This document shows positions 29,963 to 40,300 of a stretch of DNA of 64,000 bases, one piece after another. This stretch comes from Candidatus Dormiibacterota bacterium. GTDB lineage: Bacteria; Chloroflexota; Dormibacteria; Aeolococcales; Aeolococcaceae. The notes beneath the pieces were generated by a model. The model had not been told where the DNA came from, did no database searches, and saw nothing but the letters and a program-made list of their open reading frames with translations. Every line of letters starts with the position of its first letter. Positions within the stretch are counted from its first letter, which is position 1. The stretch covers positions 640,001 through 704,000 of the forward strand of contig OY970355.1 in the NCBI GenBank assembly GCA_963718525.1, given 5' to 3'. Both the position numbers and the translations under genes were made by a program.

Positions 29963-31260
29963 GACGCGTGCTCGGCTGCGATCTGAACGGTCTTCGGCAA
30001 CAGGTGATGGATCACCTTGCGGTAGGCAGCGGCAATCTGGTCGCATTGACTATCGGTGAGGTTCGACGGCACCGCCATGAGGACACCACGGGAGAAGATT
30101 TCGTCTGACTTAGGAAGCGCTCCCTTCTCGTACGAGTACTGGCTCTGGGCGTTCTCTGGCGCATCCCATGGCCAACTGCTGCCAGGGACGTAACCAACCT
30201 TGCGAGTCAGCATCGGCATCTGTGAGTAGATGTGGGTGCCATACGTCGCGACATGGTGAGTCCACTCTGGGACGCCTTCCGCACGAAGCGCCTCCGCGGC
30301 TTTCCTGGCCGCCTCCTCGGTTGGCCAATACGTAACCATGAAGCTTCCGCTCAAGCTGTCTGCGGTCGCGTGCGGCCTGAAGCGGATCCCCTCAATACCT
30401 GCCAATCCCTCTTTGATGCGCTGCTGCGCATGCTGCATGCTCTCGATGATCTTGGGGAGTTTGGGAATCTGAGCGGCGGCCATGGCTTGGACGAGTGGGC
30501 TGAGAAGGCGGCCTTCGCCCCACATGACATCGTCTCCAGGGACATACGTCACCTTGTGCATGATCCTGGTCAACCCAGCGTCACGAGCAATCTCTGCGCG
30601 GGCGCCGAGACCCTTGTCATTGGAAATCATGAACCCGCCGACATATCCGGTAGCGTGTTTGTTGTATTGAAGACTGAAGACACCGATGTCTCCGAAGAGG
30701 CCGACGAATTTCCCGTTGTATTTGCCACCGGAGTCTTGAGCGCAATCCTCAATGACCCGTAGCTTGTGGCGCCGTGCCACTTCCATCAGCGGAGCGACAT
30801 TCGCAGCCGCGCCGAGCATGTGAACCACGATGACGGCTTTGGTACGACGTGTGATCTTCCGTTCCATGTCGGCTGGATCCATGCCGAGGTCTTCGCCGAC
30901 CTCGACGAGAACGGGGATGGCGCCATGGGCAACCACGCAGGTGACCGTCGGGATCCAACAGATACCCGGCACGAGCACCTCCATCCCTGGACCGATGTCG
31001 AGTGCCTTTATGGCCGCGAACAACCCCCCGGTGCCGCTGTTGACGGCGGCAGCCCACCTCGCGGAGAAGAATTGACGCGCAATCGGTGGAAGATCGTCTG
31101 CGAGTCCGTGTCTGCGTTCGAGCGCTTCGATGACCAGCCGCCGTTCGTCGGCATCGATGAAATGTGTTCCTGGCCACTCGCGTCCCAGTGGCTCCGTGAT
31201 CAGACGCGGGCCACCATCGATTGCCAGGGCCTCTCGCTCTCCGATGCTAAGTGTTGTCAC
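29959..31260 (-). CDS. DegT/DnrJ/EryC1/StrS PLP aminotransferase
   Basis: NSGTGGL, VHMLG, IEDCAQ, FSLQYNK (PLP Lys); GGAGG RBS before GTG 31260. Confidence 0.92.
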   Translation of the reverse strand: MTTLSIGEREALAIDGGPRLITEPLGREWPGTHFIDADERRLVIEALERRHGLADDLPPIARQFFSARWAAAVNSGTGGLFAAIKALDIGPGMEVLVPGICWIPTVTCVVAHGAIPVLVEVGEDLGMDPADMERKITRRTKAVIVVHMLGAAANVAPLMEVARRHKLRVIEDCAQDSGGKYNGKFVGLFGDIGVFSLQYNKHATGYVGGFMISNDKGLGARAEIARDAGLTRIMHKVTYVPGDDVMWGEGRLLSPLVQAMAAAQIPKLPKIIESMQHAQQRIKEGLAGIEGIRFRPHATADSLSGSFMVTYWPTEEAARKAAEALRAEGVPEWTHHVATYGTHIYSQMPMLTRKVGYVPGSSWPWDAPENAQSQYSYEKGALPKSDEIFSRGVLMAVPSNLTDSQCDQIAAAYRKVIHHLLPKTVQIAAEHAS

Positions 31261-31288
31261 GGCGCCAATCCTCCGGTTACAGCATTCA

Positions 31289-32386
31289 TCATGCGATCGG
31301 GACGGAGGTCCTCTCTGTTGAGGAACTCCGCACAATTGCTTCAATCAACTTCAGCGTTCGGTGTCCATCCGCGAAGGTCGCATAGGTGACCGGAGGCATC
31401 ACTCGCGGATCCAGGATTCGCTGATAGACGCTGGCCATGGTGCGCACGAGAGCGTCGCGCCATCCAAAGACGTGCCCAGCAGGTAGGGGGTCGTCGGGAG
31501 TCATGGTTGCATCGCGCATCAGCCACTGATTGGCTCCATCTCGCCGACCCAACCACAAACGATCGGGATCCTCTTGCGACCATGCGAGCGAAGCCTTCGA
31601 CCCGCTGACCTCAAACCACAGATGGTTCTTTCGGCCGGCGCTGACCTGAGACACCACCAAGCTGCCAATCCCGCTGTTGTTCAGTTCGAACGAGATGACA
31701 CCGCAGTCATCGAGCTCAGCGGCGTGCCACGCCCCATTGGCCCCCATGCGTCGCTCTGGAACAGCGGCTCGCAAGCGACCGGACACACTCGTGATTGCAC
31801 AATTTGTGACGTGCTCCACGAGGTCGAACCAATGGCTCCCGATATCGGCGACGGCTGCGGACAGGCCGGCTTCGGTTTGGTTGAGCCGCCAGTTGTGATC
31901 AGTGGCGTGCAAGAGCCAGTCTTGCGTGTAGGCGCCGTGAGCCAGGTAGACATCCCCGATCTCGCCTCGCTGGATGAGCGCGCGAGCGTGCTGTATGAGA
32001 GGGTACCCGCGATAGTTGAAGTTGCAGGCGTGGACGAGCGAGGCTGCCTCAGCGCGTTGCAGCAATACCAAGGTCTCATCGGAGGTTGTGGCAAGTGGCT
32101 TCTCCGCCACAACGTGCTTGGCGTGCTCCAACGCGGAGAGGCAGAGTTGGAAGTGTTCGCTGTTCTTCGTGCAGACGTGGACCACGTCGACGTCGGGACT
32201 CTCGACCAGGGTTGCATGGTCGGCCGCAGTCCTGATGTTGTGTTGCGTGGCAAAACGCTGCGCCCGCTCAGGGATGCCACTTGAGACGGCGACAACTGCA
32301 ACCCCCGGTATGGTGGACAGAGCAAGAGCATGCTCATGAGCCATCCACCCGGTACCGAGAATCGCTGCACGAATCACGACGTCCAC
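31289..32386 (-). CDS. Gfo/Idh/MocA NAD(P)-dependent oxidoreductase
   Basis: ILGTGWMA, HVVAEKPL, NFNYR, DIGSHW, SQVSAGRKN, LPAGH. Confidence 0.92.
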   Translation of the reverse strand: MDVVIRAAILGTGWMAHEHALALSTIPGVAVVAVSSGIPERAQRFATQHNIRTAADHATLVESPDVDVVHVCTKNSEHFQLCLSALEHAKHVVAEKPLATTSDETLVLLQRAEAASLVHACNFNYRGYPLIQHARALIQRGEIGDVYLAHGAYTQDWLLHATDHNWRLNQTEAGLSAAVADIGSHWFDLVEHVTNCAITSVSGRLRAAVPERRMGANGAWHAAELDDCGVISFELNNSGIGSLVVSQVSAGRKNHLWFEVSGSKASLAWSQEDPDRLWLGRRDGANQWLMRDATMTPDDPLPAGHVFGWRDALVRTMASVYQRILDPRVMPPVTYATFADGHRTLKLIEAIVRSSSTERTSVPIA

Positions 32387-33342
32387 CAGGGGTGAGGGCG
32401 AGGCTCGGTAAACAAACAGTCTTTCAGAAACACCACGGCTTGCGACAACCCCTCATCTGGAGAGGCGAGGATGTCTTCGTGCTCGATGCTGATGACGTCG
32501 TCATAGCCCACCTCGCGGAGGGCGCCGAAGAACCGCTTCCACAACAAGCTGTCGTGACCGTGACCAACGGTCCGAAAAGACCACGAACGCGCCTCGATCT
32601 TCTCCAGAGGGGTCGTGTCGAGGACGCCATTGCGACGGACAGCCTCGGAATTGAAGTCGACGTCCTTGGCGTGAACGTGGTACGTGGCATCGCCAAGCGT
32701 GCGCACGGCCACGACTGCGTCGATGCCCTGCCAGAAGAGATGACTCGGATCGAGGTTGGCGCCGATTTCGCCACCCACCGCTTCCCGAAGCCGGAGCAGG
32801 GTCGCGGGGTTGTAGACGACAAAGCCGGGGTGCATTTCAAAGCAGAGCTTGCGAACCCCGTGGTTGCGAGCAAACGTCGCTTGCTCCTTCCAATAGGGGA
32901 TGACCACGTCCTCCCACTGCCAGTTGAGGATGGTCAGATAGTCGGTGGGCCACGCACAGGTCACCCAGTTCGGTTGCTTTGACGCGGGCGAGTCTCCTGG
33001 GCACCCCGAAAAGAGCGTCAGCCTTTCCACATCAAGGCGCTCGGCGAGCAAGACTGCCTGCTCGAAAACGCGATGGTGTTCTCGGGCAACGTCGCGATTT
33101 GGATGCAGAGGGTTGCCATGACACGCGAGGGCGCTGATGGTCAGACCACGCCTGTCCAGCGCATGTCGATACTCCTTGAGCTTCGTCGCATCGGCCAGCA
33201 ATTCATCGGCAGGGCAATGTGTGTTCCCGGGATAGTTGCCGGCGCCGAGCTCGACGGCGGTCAACCCGAGGGCGGCGATCCGGTCGAGGGCATCCTCAAA
33301 GCGCAGATGCTGGAGTACGACGGTGAAGACTCCGAGCTGCAT
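32374..33342 (-). CDS. Sugar phosphate isomerase/epimerase (AP-endonuclease-2/xylose isomerase TIM barrel)
   Basis: CHGNPLHP, FSGCPG, EMHPG, DPSHLFWQG, HVHAKD, SIEHED. Confidence 0.92.
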   Translation of the reverse strand: MQLGVFTVVLQHLRFEDALDRIAALGLTAVELGAGNYPGNTHCPADELLADATKLKEYRHALDRRGLTISALACHGNPLHPNRDVAREHHRVFEQAVLLAERLDVERLTLFSGCPGDSPASKQPNWVTCAWPTDYLTILNWQWEDVVIPYWKEQATFARNHGVRKLCFEMHPGFVVYNPATLLRLREAVGGEIGANLDPSHLFWQGIDAVVAVRTLGDATYHVHAKDVDFNSEAVRRNGVLDTTPLEKIEARSWSFRTVGHGHDSLLWKRFFGALREVGYDDVISIEHEDILASPDEGLSQAVVFLKDCLFTEPRPHPWWTS

Positions 33343-33347
33343 GATGT

Positions 33348-34556
33348 CTAGTTCTGAACGCCCAGCGGCCACAATTGGTAGAGCTCACCCATGACCAGGG
33401 CGGCCGAACCAATCACACCGGCGTCATCACCAAGTTGGGACCGACAGATGACGATGTCACGAGTTGCGAGCGGAAGCGAGCGTCGATAAATAGCTTCGCG
33501 GATTGCTGCAAGCAGAAGGTCCCCGATTTTCGCCACACCGCCTCCGATGACGATCAGTTCGGGGTTGTAAAAGTTCACCAGGCTGGCGAGCACGCGACCA
33601 ATCGCTCGTCCCGATTGGCGAACAATCTCGGCGACCACGGGATCGCCTTCGGCGAGTGCGACTCCGAGGTCGACCGCGGTCACCGCCAACTCCTTCGAGC
33701 GCCGCACCAAGATTTCGCTGAGCTGCTCGTTGGCCAGCCGCTCCGCTGTCTTCCCCAGCGCCCATCCGCCCGCGATCAACTCGAGGCAGCCGAGATTCCC
33801 GCACCGGCACACGGTGGGGTCGTCACCCACCGCGATGTGGCCGATGTCACCGGCTGAGCCTTGGGCGCCTCGATAGATCTTCCCGTGGCTGACGATGCCG
33901 CATCCAATCCCACTACCGAGCTTGACGAAGATGAAGTTCTGCGCATCGCGACCCGCGCCCGCCCAGCGCTCGCCCGTGATCATCATGTTCACGTCGTTAT
34001 CGACAAACACCGGACAGCCGAACTCCCCTTCGAGGTACTCGCGTATCGGGAAAAGATGCCAGCCGGGCATGATCGGAGGAGAGACCGGCCGACCGGTCGC
34101 GAACTCGACAGGGCCGGGGATGCCCATGCCAATGCCCTTCAGCGATTGGCGAGTGAGCCCTGACTCATCCAAGGCGCGTTCCACGTCAGCTCGTGCAGCG
34201 CTCATGACCGCAGCCGGTCCGTCGCGTACGTCGATCTCGCGCGACAGGTGGCAAATCGGCTCGGCGTTCAAATTGGTGACCGCCACGTCAAGGCTCGTCG
34301 CGCCGAGGTCGATGCCGATCAGGTAGCCGCTCTCTTTCGCGAAGCGGACGCGGCTCGGGGGCCTCCCGCCACTCGATGCGCCGGTGCCGACCTCTTCGAG
34401 GAAGTGCTGATCGAGGAGCGACTTCAGCGTGGCCGAGACTTTGTTGCGGCCTAACCCGGAACGCTGAGCAAGTTCCAGCCGAGAGATTTCTCCAGCCTCC
34501 CGCACGATCGCAACGAGGCGAGCCTCCTCTCCGGATTCGATCTGGGGCTCATACAT
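33348..34556 (-). CDS. ROK family transcriptional regulator
   Basis: HTH (SRLELA..SGL), GGRP, GIDLG, DNDVN, GDIGH, CRCGNLGCLE; start ATG 34556 (the track's TTG 34595 is the -35 box). Confidence 0.93.
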   Translation of the reverse strand: MYEPQIESGEEARLVAIVREAGEISRLELAQRSGLGRNKVSATLKSLLDQHFLEEVGTGASSGGRPPSRVRFAKESGYLIGIDLGATSLDVAVTNLNAEPICHLSREIDVRDGPAAVMSAARADVERALDESGLTRQSLKGIGMGIPGPVEFATGRPVSPPIMPGWHLFPIREYLEGEFGCPVFVDNDVNMMITGERWAGAGRDAQNFIFVKLGSGIGCGIVSHGKIYRGAQGSAGDIGHIAVGDDPTVCRCGNLGCLELIAGGWALGKTAERLANEQLSEILVRRSKELAVTAVDLGVALAEGDPVVAEIVRQSGRAIGRVLASLVNFYNPELIVIGGGVAKIGDLLLAAIREAIYRRSLPLATRDIVICRSQLGDDAGVIGSAALVMGELYQLWPLGVQN

Positions 34557-34566
34557 TCGGGTCGGG

Positions 34567-34595
34567 ATTCTAAGGCGGAAGTTGCACGATGTCAA
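34567..34595 (-). promoter_or_regulatory. Sigma70-type promoter TTGACA-N17-TAGAAT for the ROK operon
   Basis: Minus strand TTGACA tcgtgcaacttccgcct TAGAAT; ATG 10 nt after the -10 box. Confidence 0.8.
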
Positions 34596-35110
34596 TCAAA
34601 AGTCTGTCGCGACTGTGCAGAAGTCGGGAGTTCGTGGGCTGAAGGGTGGCGTCGCCGAATTGACCTCGGGCGTGAGGCTCCCCGTAGGTCGGCGCCGATC
34701 GGCCCGACCCGGCCCCCGAATGGCGTCCTGAGGCGGCGCCTCGTATGCGCACCTTCGGATGAAGGTGCGATCCGTCCCTGGCGCTGGGTAGGTGCCGCGC
34801 GGGCCACCCGCCAGGGCGCCGCCTCGATGGTGTCGAGGAGCGTCGTCTTGAGGGGAGGGGCCAGGCAAACCTCGCGGGCGACTAGGTGGCGGTCGTCGAC
34901 GCCGATTCAGGGGGTTATATCGGCCTTGCCCGGCCCCACTCTCGACGATACAGACCTCCGGCGATCCTGGCAGTGCGCCCGGTCACAAGCGGGCATTGAC
35001 TTCCAGCAGCGATCGGCCATCGACTAATCCAAAGCGCGGCAACCATTCACTGGGTGTTAACTGCAGCGGATCGCACCCGAGGGAGCATCGGTCGTATTGA
35101 CATTTGCACC

Positions 35111-37564
35111 TCAGTGATGGAGCGGTATCAGCGAGACCGTGTCGTCCAGGTTGACGACGTATGCAGTGCCGTCGCCCTCATCGACGGCGACGTTCCACGG
35201 CGAGCGTCCAACCGCAACCTGTGGCGGTGTTTGGTCACAGCCGCTGTGGTCCCCAGCGTTACAGGTCGACCCGTTGATCACCGTAACGCTCGTGTCCTGC
35301 ACATTGGTGACGTAGATCGTGTCTGTGGCGGCATCGAGCGCGATACCGATCGCGCCGTATCTGGCCGCGACGATTGGCGGCGTCTGGCCGCAGCCCGAGG
35401 TGTCGGATCCATTGCACGTGGCGCCGTTGATGATCGAGATCGTGCCCTGGAGGTCGCCCTGCTCGTGGTTCGCGACGTAGACGGTGTCGGTTTTCGGGTC
35501 AATCGCAAGCTCGCGGGGGTCCTCGCCAACGGTGATCGTCGCTGGTGTCTGGCTGCAGCCCGATGTGTCTGCTGCATCACAGGTCTTGCCGTTGATCACA
35601 TACACCGTGTCGGCGGTCTGGTTCCCGTAGTCGACGTTGGTGACGTAGAGAGTGTTGGTTCCCTGGCCGATGGCGACAGAGAGATCTGAGCCATTGACAG
35701 CGTCCGACTGTCCGACGTGCAGGGTCGCCGGCGTCTGGCCACAGCCAGTGGCATGTTCTGCGTCGCAGGTGGCTCCATTGAACACCGCAATGAGATTTGG
35801 CCCGCTGCTGGTGAGGACGGTGACGTACACGGTGTCAGTCGCAGGATCGACCGCGATACCATCGGGGTTTCCACCCGGGACGTTTAGCGTTTCGACCCGT
35901 GTGCAGCCCGCTTGGTTGGCGGCGTTGCACGAGTCAGCGTTGATCACCGAAACAGCGCCGCCCGAACCCGGGCCGGTGCCGTGGTCGGCGACAAAGACGG
36001 TGTGCGTTCGCTGATCGACAGCCACAGCGACCGGATTCGGGCCTACCGCTGCAGTCGACGGTGGCGTTGCGCACCCAGCGAGCCGATGGGCGTTGCAGGC
36101 GCGGGTGTCGATCAGCGCCACGGCGTTCGCACCGGAGGTCACGTAGGCGGTGTGGACCGTCGCGTCGACGGCGAGCCCGAAACCGTGCGGTATCAACACC
36201 GCGGGTGCCGGTCGGCGACATCCGCTCGTATTGTCGGCGTCGCACCGTGAGGCGTCGATGACCGAGACGTCGTTGCTCACCTGGTTCGCTGCGTACAGCG
36301 TCTGGGTCAGCATATTCACGGCTACGAACTCCGGATCCTCACCGGTGTGGATGGTCGGTGGGTTGAGGGTTGCACACGCTGCCAGCTGACGGCCGTTGCA
36401 CACCTGCGTGTCGATCACCGAGAGGTCATCGTCTCCCTGGTTGACCACGTAGACCGTGTGGAGCGGGACATCGACGGTCAGGAAGAAGGCGACTTCGAAA
36501 GGCTGAGGAGGGGCCACGACCACAATGCCGCGCTTTTGGAACGCACACTCCGCCAGGTCACTCGCGTTACACGAACGCCCGTCGAACGCGGACATGGTCC
36601 CGCCCCCCGATTGGGTCGAATAGTCGGCCGTGTAGATCGTGTCGTTCGCGGCATCCACGGTGACGCCACTGACCGCCGGAGCTCCGCTGAGCATTCCGAC
36701 CGTGCCGCAGCCCGTCTGCACGGTCGCATTGCACGTGTTCGTGTCGAACGCAGAGACTCCGCCGTTTTCAGCCACGTAGGCTGTGTGCGTTGACTGGTTA
36801 ACTGCGATGTCGCCTGGGCCGCCTCCGACCGTTACCGTCGGTGGAGTCTGGCGCGAACACCCCGTCAGGTCGGCCGCGTTACACGTCAACGAGTTGATCA
36901 TCGACACGATGTCGCCACCGAGGCTAGTGACGTACACGGTGTGATTCGAGGAATCGGCGAAGATCCCGAACGGGAATGACCCAACCCGCACCCTCGCCGG
37001 TGTCTGGTCACACCCCCATGTCACGCGTCCGTTGCAGATCGCGCCATTGAACACAGACACCGCGTTGGTGGTCCCGCTATTGCCATTGACGGTGACGTAC
37101 ACGGTGTCGGTGACTTGATCAACGGTGATCGTCGACGGCATGTTCCCAACCCTGATCGTGGGCCATGGCCCCTCGCACCGCGAGACGTTCTGCGCCTGGC
37201 AGTGGCGTCCGTCGATCACCGACACTGTGTCGCCGCCAGGGCTCGTGCCGTTTGCATTGCTGCCGTTCGCTGAATAGATCGTGTCAGTAGCGGGGTCGAT
37301 CGCCAGCGCGGATGGGCCTACCTTCACAGGCGCCGACCCCACCAAAGCGGACCCAAAGCTGCCACTTGGGTTCGTGGACGTCGCGCCCCGTACTGCCCCC
37401 GCCGCGCTGGATCGTTCGGCGTGGGTCACGGCGCGTGACGTCGCGCCTGCTTGAATCGACCCTCCGGCCGCCGTGAACAGGACCGCGATCACAGCGCCTA
37501 CCAGGGAACGGTGCCTCTCTAGACGCATGATCCACCTCCTTGCTGCTCCCATACGACCCCGCAA
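35111..37564 (-). CDS. Secreted YncE/YVTN-type beta-propeller repeat protein with Cys-pair loops
   Basis: Signal peptide; many repeats of T.YV.N....VSVI...(T/R)C(N/D)xxxxxGC...P.T..VG..P..(I/V)A(V/I)D. Confidence 0.85.
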   Translation of the reverse strand: MRGRMGAARRWIMRLERHRSLVGAVIAVLFTAAGGSIQAGATSRAVTHAERSSAAGAVRGATSTNPSGSFGSALVGSAPVKVGPSALAIDPATDTIYSANGSNANGTSPGGDTVSVIDGRHCQAQNVSRCEGPWPTIRVGNMPSTITVDQVTDTVYVTVNGNSGTTNAVSVFNGAICNGRVTWGCDQTPARVRVGSFPFGIFADSSNHTVYVTSLGGDIVSMINSLTCNAADLTGCSRQTPPTVTVGGGPGDIAVNQSTHTAYVAENGGVSAFDTNTCNATVQTGCGTVGMLSGAPAVSGVTVDAANDTIYTADYSTQSGGGTMSAFDGRSCNASDLAECAFQKRGIVVVAPPQPFEVAFFLTVDVPLHTVYVVNQGDDDLSVIDTQVCNGRQLAACATLNPPTIHTGEDPEFVAVNMLTQTLYAANQVSNDVSVIDASRCDADNTSGCRRPAPAVLIPHGFGLAVDATVHTAYVTSGANAVALIDTRACNAHRLAGCATPPSTAAVGPNPVAVAVDQRTHTVFVADHGTGPGSGGAVSVINADSCNAANQAGCTRVETLNVPGGNPDGIAVDPATDTVYVTVLTSSGPNLIAVFNGATCDAEHATGCGQTPATLHVGQSDAVNGSDLSVAIGQGTNTLYVTNVDYGNQTADTVYVINGKTCDAADTSGCSQTPATITVGEDPRELAIDPKTDTVYVANHEQGDLQGTISIINGATCNGSDTSGCGQTPPIVAARYGAIGIALDAATDTIYVTNVQDTSVTVINGSTCNAGDHSGCDQTPPQVAVGRSPWNVAVDEGDGTAYVVNLDDTVSLIPLHH

Positions 37565-37590
37565 ATAAGGCGTTCACTCCGCGGGTACGA

Positions 37591-37611
37591 ATGTTCAGAG
37601 GCATTGAACAT
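37591..37611. promoter_or_regulatory. Palindromic operator ATGTTCA-gaggcat-TGAACAT
   Basis: In the divergent intergenic region; matches the 27228-27248 palindrome, including GCAT in the spacer. Confidence 0.72.
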
Positions 37612-37656
37612 CTCCGACGGGGGGTCGATACTTGCCGCAGGAAGCGTGTTGCAGCA

Positions 37657-40252
37657 ATGAACCTGCCGACCCAGCAGACCCCGTTTATTGGGCGGGTGCT
37701 CGAACTCCGTTCAGCTGGCGCCCTGCTCCGCGCTCACCGGCTGCTGACGCTCGTTGGCGCCGGCGGCTCAGGAAAGACACGGCTCGCGGTGCAACTCGCC
37801 GCTGGGGCAGGCGAGCGGTTCCCTGACGGTATCTTCTGGGTACCGCTAGCATCCGTTCGCGACCCCGACCTGGTAGAGCAGACCATCGCCCGATCCGTCG
37901 GCGCCAACATTGAGCTCGTTGAGCACCTGACCGGTAAGCGCGTCCTCTTGGTCCTGGACAATATGGAGCAGGTCGTGGCGGCGGCGGACATGCTGGGGTT
38001 GCTCCTCGGGGCGTGTCCCAGCCTCCATGCGCTCGTGACGAGCCGAGAGCCGCTGCGCATCGCCCCCGAGCAGCGCTTCACCGTGGATACGCTCAGCACC
38101 CCTGACGCGGTTGCGCTCTTCAACGAGCGGGCCCGCGCAGTGGATTCGACGTTCGTGGAGGACGCGACGGTGGAGGCCATCTGCAGGCGGCTCGACTGCC
38201 TGCCACTTGCCGTCGAGCTCGCAGCCACTCGGGTCAACGTGCTGACACCCGACGTCCTCCTCGCGCAACTCGAGCGCCGCCTGCCGCTCCTCACCGGCGG
38301 ACGGCGTGACATGCCCGAGCGCCATCAGACGCTGAGAGCGACGATCGAATGGAGCGAGGATCTGCTGCAAGCAAGTGAACGGTCCATCTTCCATCGTCTC
38401 GCGATCTTCCCGGCGAGCTTCGATCTTTGGGCTGCGGAAGCGGTGTGTATGACAAACCTCGCGGCCCTCTCCTCGCTCGTCGACAAATGCCTGGTGACTC
38501 GCACAAGTGGCAATCGCTTCGCGCTGCTGGAGACAGTCCACGAGTTCGCAGACGAGCACTTGACCCCGAGCGAGCGAGACGAACTCGCCTGCCGGCATGC
38601 GGAGTACTTCGTTGTGGCCGCCGAGGTTGCGTCAGGTGCCCAGAGTTGGCCCACCAACCCTGAGACTTTTGGGAAGCTGGACGACGACATCGCGAATCTC
38701 CGCGCAGCGCTCGCGTGGACGCGGTCGAAAGGCCTGAACGAGCTGACGCTTCGGCTTGGGATCGCGCTCTCCAGGTACTGGATCGATCGGGGTCATCGCC
38801 ACGATGCCTGCACATGGCTTGAGAGCGCACCGCTCACTGACGCCGCAGTTCCTACACCGCTTCGCGCAGCATCCCTGGAGGCAGCTGGGCTGATCGACTA
38901 CTTCGTGGCCGCCGCTTACGACGAGGCGGAGCAGTACTACAGGCAGAGCCTGGCGCTCTATCGCCAGCTCGGAAACGAGCAACAGGTTGCGTTCCTGCTC
39001 AACCGTGTTGGTCGCATCGCGATGTTGCGTGCAGATCTCGTCAAAGCCAACAGCTTTCATCTCGACGCGCTGGCGTTGTACGACGAGATGGCCGATAACG
39101 CCGGGCGTGCAGCGACGCTGCACCTGCTCGCTGAAGCCGCGTCCAGGCAGCGCCGATTTGAAGATGCCGAGCGGCTCTTTACAGAGGCGATTCGCTTGGC
39201 GCGTACGGCGTTTCCGGGACAGGTTCGGCACTCGCTGCACAGCCTCGGTGATCTCGAACTCGACCGCGGCAACTATGGATGTGCGTTCGGGTACTACCAG
39301 GAGAGCCTGGAGCTGACCAGCAGGAGCGAGCGCCGCAGCCTCATCCTGCGCGTCGCGGGGTTCAGCAGCGCCCTCGCTGGTCTGGGTGCGTACCCTCTCG
39401 CAGCGCGGCTCTGGGGTGCCGTCGACGCCAATGAGCGCACGCTAGGTTTTCGCATGCTCTCCGACGAGCGAAAACGCTATGAACGATGGGCAGACACCAC
39501 ACGGAGTCGAACTCGGTGAACAGGCGTTCCGCGCCGCCTTTACGGAGGGCGCGGGCCTTCAGATTGAGGAGGCGCTCAGCGAGGCGGCGGGGTACACCGC
39601 CGCGGCGCTAATACAACCCGGTCGCCCTGCGCCACCCGTCGCCGGCGGTTTGGCCCTTTCAACTGAAGCCGGAAGGTTCGAGCAAGAGGGAGAATACTGG
39701 ACGATCGAGTACAACTCGAGGATCCTGCGGGTTCGGGATAGTAAGGGAGTTCGTGTGCTCGCCTATCTCCTCGCCGACCCGGAACGTCCGTATACCGCTC
39801 TGGACCTCGAGCGGCTGGGCGCACCCGGAGGCGAGGTAATCGCTCGAGCGGTTGCCTCGGGCGACGTGGGCGAGCTCCTCGATGACGAGGCGCGGAGAGC
39901 ATACCGGGCTAGAGTTGCGGAGCTGCATGAGGCGATCGAGGTAGCTGAAATCTGGGGTAAGCCAGAGGAGAGCGGCCTCCTGCGCGAAGAGATGGACTTC
40001 ATCACCCACGAGCTGAGCAGAGCACTCGGGCTGGGAGGGCGACCGCGCCACGCGGGATCGATTGCTGAGCGGGCTCGGTTGAATGTCACGCGGGCGGTGA
40101 GGTCGGCGATGCTGCGCATCTCCTCAGTCGACGCCGCCCTCGGGGGTCATCTCAACGCGACCGTCCACACGGGAACCGTTTGCGTATATCGCCCAGACCC
40201 CCGAGCAACCGTTGTTTGGCATGTTGCGATCGGCGTCGCTCAACGCCTCTAA
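37657..40252 (+). pseudogene. STAND-type ATPase (NB-ARC-like)-TPR regulator with C-terminal domain, frameshifted near 39505
   Basis: NLP...FIGR, GAGGSGKTRLA, LVLDNME, TSRE, LDCLPLAVELAA, TPR helices; continuation VELGEQAF...FEQEGEYW... lies in another frame (ORF 39479-40252). Confidence 0.85.
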
Positions 40253-40287
40253 AGATTCGCTCGTCCGACAGTGCCGGACCCGCAACC

Positions 40288-40300
40288 TAATGCCAAATTA
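40288..40300 (+). repeat. Junction motif copy TAATGCCAAATTA (exact)
   Basis: 36 bp after the ATPase stop; ACCGACTGATC follows (TGAT at +99). Confidence 0.8.
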
